Assembly: GCA_951406725.2 (NCBI GenBank)
Contig: OX597816.1
Span: 50,530,001 to 50,594,000 of the forward strand
DNA: 64,000 bases
Direction of reading: 5' to 3'
From: Octopus vulgaris
Lineage: Eukaryota
Shown here: positions 53,967-64,000 of the stretch, piece after piece
Position numbering within the stretch: position 1 is the first letter of the stretch
Layout: every line of letters starts with the position of its first letter
Notes under the pieces: generated by a model
Databases searched by the model: none
What the model was told of the DNA's origin: nothing
The model's input: only the letters and a program-made list of their open reading frames with translations
Made by a program: the position numbers and the translations under genes

Positions 53967-55261
53967 TAATGTTGTACCCAAAAGTAACCGACAACGTTCT
54001 CAGTAGGACATACTCATTGTAGTTCATACTTCCATCGCTAGAATCCACTTGATATGACCCTCAGACATCTGTCTATCGACTGGCATTGTCGGTTGCACTC
54101 ATACTGTCACGTGGTGCGTCTTTGCAATGCTTCTTCCCAGATCGTCGAATTTTGCGATGGGTGATACGAAACAACAGCGTGCTTCCGTGATATTCTGTTT
54201 TCTGCTGGGGAAAACGGTGGACGAAACAATTGTCAAGCCTCAAAAAGCTTACAAAGACGAGGTCATGAACAAAACACAAGTTTACGTGTGGTTTCCACGC
54301 TTTAGGAATGGCCACTTGTCACTTGAGGACCAACGTCGTTCAGGGCAACCGTCAACCTCCCGAACGAATGAAAGCATCATGAAAATTTATGAACCGTCAC
54401 CGAACACATGACAAACTTGTTGATATGACTGGTGTGTTCTGGAGATCCTGCAACAAATTTCGCGTTAGGATGCGCGACTGAATAGAGTTGCAGCAAAATT
54501 TGTGCCTCGCTTACTCACGAAAGATCAAAAACAGTTACGACCGAATACGTGCCGTGAACTGAAAAATTAGGTGGAAGTTGATCTGGACCTTTTTATGGAA
54601 GGTATCACTGGTGGCAAAAGCTGGTGCTACGGAAATTGCAGATGTGGTAGAGGTGAAGAAAAAAGGGACGGAAGCGTTAACAGGCATCGTTTCACAAGAC
54701 TTATAGCACTGCTTCGAATTATGGAAACCGCGCCGAGACCGATGCATTGCTTCAAATGGAGAACACTTTGAAGGCAATAAAAGTGTAAACAAAGGCGGCG
54801 AGCTGGCAGAAACGTTAGCACGCCGGGCGAAATGCTTAGCGGTATTTCGTCTGCCACTACGTTCTGAGTTCAAATTCCGCCGAGGTCGACTTTGCCTTTC
54901 ATCCTTTCGGGGTCGATTAAATAAGTACCAGTTACGCACTGGAGTCGATATAATCGCCTTAATCCGTTTGTCTGTCCTTGTTTGTCTTCTCTGTGTTTAG
55001 CCCCTTGTGGGTAGTAATGAAATAGGTATTTCGCCTCTCCTTACGTTCTGAGTTCAAATTCCGCCGAGGCCGACATTGCCTTTCATCCTGTTGGGATCGA
55101 TAAATTAAGTACCAGCTGCATACTGGGTTCTAATTGACTGGTCCTCTACCCCAAAGTTTCGGGCCTTGTGCCTAGAGTAGAAAAGAATAACAGTGTAAAT
55201 ATGTAAAAATAAGGGAATATAAACAATATTGCAAAATTTACGCTTTCTTTTGGGGCAGAGC
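53967..55261 (+). mobile_element. Internally deleted mariner interrupted by SINE-B
   Basis: ORF 54127-54411 QRASVIFCFLLGKT...KTQVYVWF.RF..G..SLED..RSGQPSTS (mariner DNA-binding domain); AAKFVPRLLT; C-terminal CIASNGEHFEG; weak TIR match. Confidence 0.85.
54792..55185 (+). mobile_element. SINE family B, dimeric, with 14-bp TSD
   Basis: GGTATTTCG at 54841 and 55025 (184 nt apart); AATAA(A/C)AGTGTAAA at 54776-54789 and 55186-55199. Confidence 0.9.
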
Positions 55262-56463
55262 AAAAACAGGATTCTTGATTCATATCGATAATCTTGTATG
55301 TATGTATATTCTTGTTTCTATAGTTTTTTTAAAAAAAATTTAACTGTGTCTTTGTCTGTGTATGAATGCATCGACATGCAGGAGTAAAAGTATATGCGTG
55401 TATGAGCGTGCATTCATGTATACACACTGTATGCGTTCATATTCAGCGGCACTCCCATTTATACGTGCGTATATATATGGATGTATTTGTTTAAGCTTTC
55501 GTACTTGTTCAGTTATTTATTTAGTTAACACTGTAATGCATACAATTTGCGTGAGAGTGGTATAATTGTTTTATAATTTGTTGTTGACCAATACAGGAAT
55601 ACACCATGATCACCCCTTTATAAATGTAAGTCCACTCGATTTGAAGTCAATTTGCTAAATGCCTAAGAAAGAAAATCTTGGGCTCTTCAGTCACTCTATA
55701 AATTCGACTGGCTATGAATAAGAAACAAGTGTATACATGCACACACATAATGAGATAGATAGATAGATATATAGATAGAGGGAGAGGGAGAGGGAGAGAG
55801 AGAGAGAGAGATAGAGAGAGAGAGGTGTAAGAAGCTAGGAACCATTGTGTATACTCATGTTAAAGAGTTTCATGAGAAAATCAGTGTAAATTTTCTTTTT
55901 GCAGTGAAAGTACTGAGATAACTACAGATGAGCTTTGGGATCAAATTGAGATTTCAAACCGAGTCTCAAATATCATCCAATAGTAAGGAGGCGCGCTGGC
56001 CAGAATCATTAGCACTCCGAACAAAATGCTTAGAGGCCTTTCGTCCATCTACACATTTTGATTTCAAATATCGCCGAGTGAGGTTTTGCCTTTCGTCTTT
56101 TCGTGATCGGGGTTGGACACTGTGGTCGATGTAATTGATTTACCTCCTCAAGTCGAAATTTCTGGCCTTGTGCCGAAATTTAGATCAAATGTTTTCATGA
56201 TTTCAATATCCTACGTAAATGTTATTCATGAAGCAATGCCTATTTGTGATTGATGTATAATATATTTGCTGCATAGGAGATTGGTACACACAAATGTTAA
56301 GTTTACATCTCTTACCCTTGGCGCAGATCGAAAATGCAATTAACCAATAGACGAGATATAATAAAATACTATACATCAAAAGAAAATAAAGCATACACAC
56401 ACACGCACATATAAGTGTATGTGCTTATATATATATATATATGCTTATATATATCTATGTATG

Positions 56464-56496
<33 letters not shown>

Positions 56497-56619
56497 GTGT
56501 GTGTATGTGTGTGTGTGTGTGGGGGGGGGGTGTGAAGAAGCAACTTCTTTTGGCTTCAATAATAAACAAACACGCACTACGAAAACATATCCATGCATAT
56601 CCATCCAGCCCTCTTCTCC

Positions 56620-57145
56620 GCCCAAATTGACGAGAAGTTTGTTGGGGTAGCTATCGCAAACCCGTCCTCCACAAGGTCCTAGCAGTATCTTTCTTGCTTA
56701 ATTCACAAGCTTGATCCTCTGTGATTACCGATGTTAATGAAGCATCCTGTTTTTGCTCTGCCCCCAAATTCCTGTTCGACTTGAAATATCAGTCTTGCGA
56801 TTGATTTTCTCCTGAGATTTTTCCGCAAACCTTGAGTGATCTTACTCTGGAGATTCTTCAGGGGATCTCCATTTAAGCTATTTTTATCTGCGATCATACT
56901 CATTGGGTCACTATTCAAAAGCCATGACCATAAGTAAGGCTTGGAACGAATACTAGTCTAACGAACGAATGCTGGAGCTGGCGCATTAGTATGCATGCAC
57001 CTACAATTATAGCGTCCAATTCAGCCAAATACTTTCCATCTGTCATGAATGCGCCCGAGATCCTCGAACTTCTTCGTTTCTCTCATCGATATCCCATTAA
57101 CATGCTGAGTACCTCGGTAAGATAATCTTGTCTGGACCACTGTCT
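56620..57145 (-). pseudogene. Highly decayed RTE-clade LINE RT fragment
   Basis: Manual translation fragments VNGISMRETKKFEDLG, FMTDGKYLAELD and LVFVPSLTYGH resemble RTE motifs (V..FKYLG, F.SDG...EID, PILTYGHE). Confidence 0.5.
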
Positions 57146-57263
57146 CTATAATGCGCTATTGGGTTTACTGCCGAAAGCTACAAGCTGCAAGGCAGGAATT
57201 AGTATTACAGTTGAGAGCACACGTGTACACACACCAACACGCATGCACACACACACATACACA

Positions 57264-57308
<45 letters not shown>

Positions 57309-57333
57309 ATGTTTAAATGCATGAATACAAATA

Positions 57334-57885
57334 TATTGGTTTGTCCGGAAAGTGTGTGCCGATTTTTAAAGGAAAGCAAAAGATCAATAAATACTTGTCA
57401 TTACATTTTTAATCAACCAAATATGAACCAGTTTGTTGCTCAATGCGTCTCCATCTTTCCTTTAACTTGAAAATACCCTCTTCCCAGAATTGAGGTTGTT
57501 TCATGGCAAAGAATTCAGCAAGGTATCTTTTAACGTCACCCAAGGAATTGAAATTTTTACCATTAAGACTATTCTGGAAATCCGAAGGAGCAATATCTGG
57601 TGAATATGGAGGGTGGGGTAACACATCCCAGCCGAGCTGCAGCAATTTTTGTCTGGTTCCCAAAGCATCAAGTGCCGAAAATGAACTTTCTTATCTTCTA
57701 TTTTAAAGGGTTACAGGATTAACACAGGTTATAGGAACATAAACCTTCTTCCACGAAAATATAGCTCAAACTGTGCTCTAAATTGAGGTGTAGTCAAATC
57801 CTATTTTATGGACTCAACCTTGTTCTAAAATAAGTCGAAAGATAAGCTACTATAAATCGGCACGAACTTTCCGGATAACCCAATA
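57334..57885 (-). mobile_element. Non-autonomous mariner deletion derivative (second copy)
   Basis: Same TIRs and same internal fusion as 29853-30420; ORF 57409-57663 LGWDVLPHPPYSPDIAPSDF. Confidence 0.92.
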
Positions 57886-58653
57886 TTGATATATGGGTAT
57901 AGGCAAAAATGATCAATACTATTACAATAAGATCTGGTTCAAATATATATACACAACACCAGTAAATTAGTAGGAGAGGTTTTGTCGAAAACTCGCTATT
58001 TTAACAAACCGAGAATGGTGTGACGTTAGTTGAATTTAGGAGTGTTTTGAAATCAGAAAGTAACATGTCGAAGTAATAATACGTTGCGTTTTGTCTGACG
58101 TTTTACCGCAATTCCAAATTCAGCGATTTTACTATAGTGATGACAATGTTTAAGAGAAAAACTCTGTACACGTATACACGGGTATTTACGTATATATATA
58201 TATATATATATGTAATATATACATATATATATAAGTATATATGCATTTATTCACGCGTGTATTTACCTGCGAGTGTTTGATTGTGTATTCATAATAGATA
58301 TGAAATAAAATATTTCTCTTAAAATAAATGTTAAATTTTAAGTGCACAAATTTTCTGTGTGACGGAAGGAAACATTATAAATTATAATAGCCGAAATACT
58401 ATCTAGATCTAGGTGTTATGACCTCTATTTATTTACAAATTGCAGAATACCTTAAATGCAATTTCAATTACAGAATTCTCAATACCACTTAAATATACAT
58501 TTTCAGTTTATAATTGTAGAATATGTTCTCTTACCATATGTTTTGATGAGTAAATAAAATCTATTTAAGTAAAATAATGACAGCTATGATTATAAGAATA
58601 GTTATAAATTATTCCTTCTTTTCTGAATTTGAATCTGGTTTACATGTTGGATG

Positions 58654-59533
58654 TAGACTGGGGAAAATATATTTAAGACCGATGATAAAATTTCTATTTC
58701 TTACAAAATATTTTCTTACTAAAACCATACAAATTATTTTCATCTTTTACACCTTATGCAGAATTTATTTGTCTTTCGAATGATGCAGATTCTTATACTC
58801 TTATACTTGTTTCAGTCATTTGACTGCGGCCATGCTGCAGCACCACCTTTAATCGAGCAACTCGACCTCAGGACTTATTCTTTTGTAAGCCAAGTACTTA
58901 TTGTATCGGTCTTTTTTGCCGAACCGCTAAGTAACGGGGACATAAACACACCAGCATCGGTTGTCAAGCAATGTTGGGGTGACAAACACAGACACACAAA
59001 CACGCATATATATATATACATATATACGACGGGCTTCTTTCAGTTTCCGTCTACCAAATCCACTCACAAGGCTTTGGTCTGCTCGAGGCTATAGTAGAAG
59101 ACACTTGCCCAAGGTGCCACGCAGTGGGACTGAACCTGGAACCATGTGGTTGGTAAACAAGCTACTTACCACACAGCCACTCCTAAATAACTATTTTTAT
59201 ACAACTTGAAGAATTCTAATGCTAAATTAATATAAACGTTTCAAATTTACCGGTAAAATGAGTTTAACACCGTATCATTATAATTTTATTTCAAGCTTAA
59301 GATTGTAGCAAAAATGAGCAACAAGAACAAAATACATATTAATACTTTGTGCCGTAGCCTTTATTCTTAATAACGGGTGAACAACGCCTCGGCATTGAAT
59401 TCGCTAAGTGATTATAAAATAAATTCTGCACAAGGTGTAAAAGATAGAAGTAATTTGTATGGTGTTAGTAACAATATATTTTGTAAAAAGTAGAACTTTT
59501 ATCATCGGTCTTAAATTTATTTTCACCAGTGTA
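58654..59533 (-). mobile_element. Non-autonomous Tc1-like element with about 116-bp TIRs, interrupted by SINE-A
   Basis: 58654-58769 is the reverse complement of 59418-59533 (TA ends); minus strand 59408-59341 encodes LANSMPRRCSPVIKNKGYGTKY, a Tc1 C-terminus. Confidence 0.85.
58791..59183 (-). mobile_element. SINE family A
   Basis: Near-complete copy nested in the Tc1-like element. Confidence 0.9.
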
Positions 59534-59892
59534 TACAAATGTTTAAAGGAGACAGAATAAAAGCATGTATTAGGCAAATGTTAGACTATATAAAAATAAG
59601 ATAAGGATATATACACCATTTTAGAGGGTTGGTTTTATATAACACGGAACGATACGCAAACCAATAGAGATATAAGACGATTGAGAATGCAATCAAACTG
59701 CTGAATATTTTCACATCTAAAATGTTAGTTTCGATGAGTGATGTTGTAAGCTTAACATCCATCCATACATAAACATATAAAGAATTATGCGTGCAGCTGC
59801 GCTTGTGCGTATGTGTTGATGGATTTAAATATGCTCAAACCCACAATCACGTGTACGAATATAGATTCATGCATAAATACATACATGTATAT

Positions 59893-59962
<70 letters not shown>

Positions 59963-60098
59963 TATATATGCATCTCCATATACATATACGCACATATATA
60001 TATATGCATATATATTTATATATATATATATGCATATTTATATATATATATATATAATTTTATATATATATATATAATTATATATATATATATATATT

Positions 60099-60155
<57 letters not shown>

Positions 60156-60166
60156 GCATATATATA

Positions 60167-60243
<77 letters not shown>

Positions 60244-60679
60244 CCACTCTACATTAGTGCGTTGGTGTCTAGGACACTTCAGTTCTGTGTTTATCACATT
60301 TTCCCCATTTAATCTCCTCAGCTATGTCACTCGTTTCGCTTTGAAATTTTTAATATTCGCTCTCGAACTCTAATTTATATGTATGCTAATTAAATCCTTA
60401 ATTTCAGTGGCTGATATGATTGCAGATATTACTTGAACCCATACTAACGAGGTTATACCGTGTCATAGCTAATGAACAGCGTGTGAGCTAATTAATTTTG
60501 AAGCAAGAGGAATTCATATTAATTAAAACTGCATTAAATATTGTTTTTTTAAAAAGAACAGATGTTAATTTATGTGGGGAACTCTTCCGAAATAGTGATT
60601 TACGCAGGCACAATCAAATAGGCATGTATACATGCGACCATGTACGCGTATGCATGTAGGAGGCTTTCATATTTTATCA

Positions 60680-61459
60680 TTTAGATATTTTAGTCATTAG
60701 CCTTGCTGGGGCCCCACCTTGAGAAATTTTAATTCAATTTAATCGGCCCCGGTACTTGTTTTCTTGTTAAGCCTGCTACTTATAGCGGTCTCTTTTGCCG
60801 AATCGTTACGGTCACGTAAACACATTAATGCCCGTTGTCAGGTGGTGGTGGACAAATCCAAGCTGAAAGACACGCATGCAAGCCCCACCCATATTCCCCC
60901 TCACATAAATATGACGGGATTCTTTCAGTTTACGTCTACCGAATTCACACAGAACGTTATAGCAGAAGACACTTGCCCCAGGTTTACTCCCACTGCGTGT
61001 TTGTCAACTCCCAGAAAACATCATACCATGCTGACATGCCAGCACCTTTTACTCTTTTACTCTCAATTGTTTCAGTCATGTGACTGTGGTCATACTGGAG
61101 CACCGCCTCTAGTCGAGCAAATCGACCCCAGGACTTATTCTTTGCAAGACTCGTACTTATTCTATCGGTCTTTTTGCCGAACCGCTAAGTTACGGGGACG
61201 TAAACACACCAACATCGGTTGTCAAGCGATGTTGGGGCACAAACACAGGCACACAACATACACACACATACACACATATATACATATACATATATACGAT
61301 GGACTTCTTTCAGTTTCCGTCTACCAAATCCACTCACAAGACTTTGGTTAGCCCAACGTTATAGTATAAGACACTTGCCCAAGGTGCCTCGAAGTGGGAC
61401 TGAACCCGGAACTATGTGGTTCGTAAGCAAGCTACTTACCACACAGCCACTCCTACGCC
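60680..61459 (-). mobile_element. Two SINE family A copies (old 60680-60985; younger 61046-61459)
   Basis: Family A body and tail motifs in both; intact head ending at 61459. Confidence 0.85.
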
Positions 61460-62394
61460 TATATATGTGTGTGTAATATGTATATATGCTTGTATACTTA
61501 TAGACATACACACTCAAACACACGCACACACACAAACACACACATATATACAATAAGAATTGATAGGTGTGTGTAAATACATGTGTATGTATGTCCGTAA
61601 GCATGTGCGCACATGCACACTTAATCGTCCCCATAGGAATAGTTGTTTCTATCATAGGCACCCCCACTAAAGTTACGAGGTAAAAATAGTAGATTAAATG
61701 ATACCCTGTACTTCATACCCTATTTCATCGAAAAGGATGAAAGAGAAGGGAGAAATCTGAGATATGCTTTCAACACTCCCATAAATTGCTGATATAAACG
61801 AATAAAGCTACTTAGAGGATTTCTATGGCAACCAATTTTGGAAAAATCAAACGTTCTATCGATAGAACTTGACAGAGATTTAAGGAGAGTATATAATACT
61901 CTGGCAAATGCTGATCGACATTGTAACACGTCCGTCGTTTATCACTGTAAGAATGATTGTTTCAAACTTATGAATACAATGTCAGAAAATTAAAAAGAAA
62001 AGGTTTTTCGAGAATTCGAAGAAATACTGTATATATTCTTCTCGAACCCAGAATGATGTAAAGCTAGGTGGTTATGGCGTATTTTGAAATCAGAAAGTAA
62101 AGTGTCAATGGCATAATTAATTTTGTCCGACGATTTACGGCATCTCCAAATCGAGAACTCTTACTGTAGTAAGATTTACAATATAAACGTTAATATATCC
62201 TATGTGGTTAAACGAATTCATACAACATACACACGTATATGTATACAACCTGCACACACACACACGCACGCACACACACACATACACACAGACACACACA
62301 CAGACACACACACACCCATATATATATTGTTGCTATTATGCAAAAAGCATCGTAAGTTCAAAACGTTGCTTTTTCCTGTATGAGAGTTCAACAT

Positions 62395-62472
<78 letters not shown>

Positions 62473-64000
62473 ATATATAAATATATGCATATATACATAC
62501 ACATATATACAAACCTACATGTATATGTATATATGTACGTGCATACATGGGTACAGGACATCAAAAAGACGTAGACTATGAGTTACGAGGACATAAATAC
62601 AAAAACATAGAAAACGAACTGTTTTTCGAACAACGATAAAACAAACAAAGAAAAGAGACATGCAACAAAGAGAACATTCCCTTCATAAGATGTCCGCTGT
62701 TTTATCTACTCTGCGGCTCTCTTCCTTTTATATTCTACTGTTTTCACCCAAAAGCTGAGGCCATGCTGGAGCACTTTCTTTGAGTGTTTCGAAGTCTCAC
62801 TTCGGTACTGCTTTTGATGAAGAATCGAGTTGGGCGAAGATGCTCTTCTTTTTATCCTTAACCAAATGTGTATTTTTTTAAATGTTTATTTTAACTTGGA
62901 ATAGCCGGTTCTTTTTCTTAAACTATCGTATCTCCAGCTGCTTCAGATGCCAAGATATCAAAAATTGTCAAAGTGTAGTACAATGGTATTGCTATGGAAT
63001 GGCGAAACTATGTTTTCGTTTTCTGAAAGAAGAACGGCTTGCACTTACGACACTTTTGCATGATAGCGACGATACATACATACATACATACACACGCACA
63101 TATATATATATGTGTGTATTTATGTATGTATGTATGTATGTATGTATTTATATGTGTGTGTGTGTGTATACGCGCGCACACACACATATATACATAGATT
63201 TTCATATGCGGGATGAAAGAGTGAGATAGAAAGTGATTAGGCCGGGATATACACACGTGTCATTAATCCAAGAGAAAGTGATCATGGTATTTCTGTTTTA
63301 CCAATTCTCATGCTATAAAACGATCAATTCTGAGTTGTAAGATATAAGAAAAACATGTAATTCAAGTTGATTTTGATTTTGATTTCCTTGCGGTATCTTT
63401 ATTTTATATTTGCCTTCGTTAAGCTTCAAGTTTCAGAAAAGTATTTAACGATTAAAATAATGATGGATTTTGGCCGGTAGAATTCGCTTCTCACCTATTG
63501 AACACCACATTCTTGCCCATGTGTAATTTTATCAGATTCCAGTCTGCTGCAAGTTTTCCTCGGAACTCTGTGAATTAAAAATACGTTCTTTTTCCCCTTT
63601 CATCAATCTCGGTTGTCCTGTAAGGTATCATGTCACACACATCCCTATACCCGTCACTGGTAACGTGCACCAGGGTTTCGAGAATTAATGTTAGACATTT
63701 CTGCAGTTATGAACAACCATAGACACATTCTTGACTCTCTCACTACAAAATGCCGAGGAGCGTTGAAGATATGGTAGCGGAGATAGGAAGGGCTGCTGCA
63801 GTGTTAGGCCGCTACTGCAGCAAGTTGAAACGTACCTCCTTGTTCAAACATTAAACTATTAAAATTTTCAAATTAATTATTTCGTGCATTGAATAACGAT
63901 CTATATTTAAATGTGTGTTTAATTTGTTTAAAATGGGGTTGTGTAACCGAAGTTGTCGCACTGGGGTCGATGTAATCGACTTAATACCTATGTTTGTCCT

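Noticed and set aside
63753-63825. GC-rich patch with a TGCTGCAGT...ACTGCAGCA stem
   Set aside because: An isolated 9-bp stem with no other support.

Overview
AT-rich, microsatellite-saturated eukaryotic intergenic or intronic DNA. The tRNA-derived SINE families, Dong/R4, CR1-like and Penelope-like remnants, and the abundance of (TA)n suggest an octopus (cephalopod) genome; this is inferred from repeat content only. No host protein-coding exon is supported. The only long intact ORF is a 5'-truncated CR1-group LINE reverse transcriptase (36288-38426). The rest is decayed transposons (Tx1/L1, Dong/R4, RTE, Penelope GIY-YIG, several Tc1/mariner elements and MITEs), three SINE families and simple repeats. 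The most unusual structures are: (1) the young LINE sits behind a fold-back (inverted) copy of its own upstream flank, with a long TA-rich direct duplication; (2) a fixed 184-nt module is inserted at the same internal site of five SINE-B copies and is much younger than its host in at least one; (3) several degenerate Penelope-type minimal hammerhead ribozyme motifs, one inside a TSD-flanked inverted-repeat insertion; (4) a 3' motif shared by the LINE and SINE family A. All alignments were made by eye and no database search was run.
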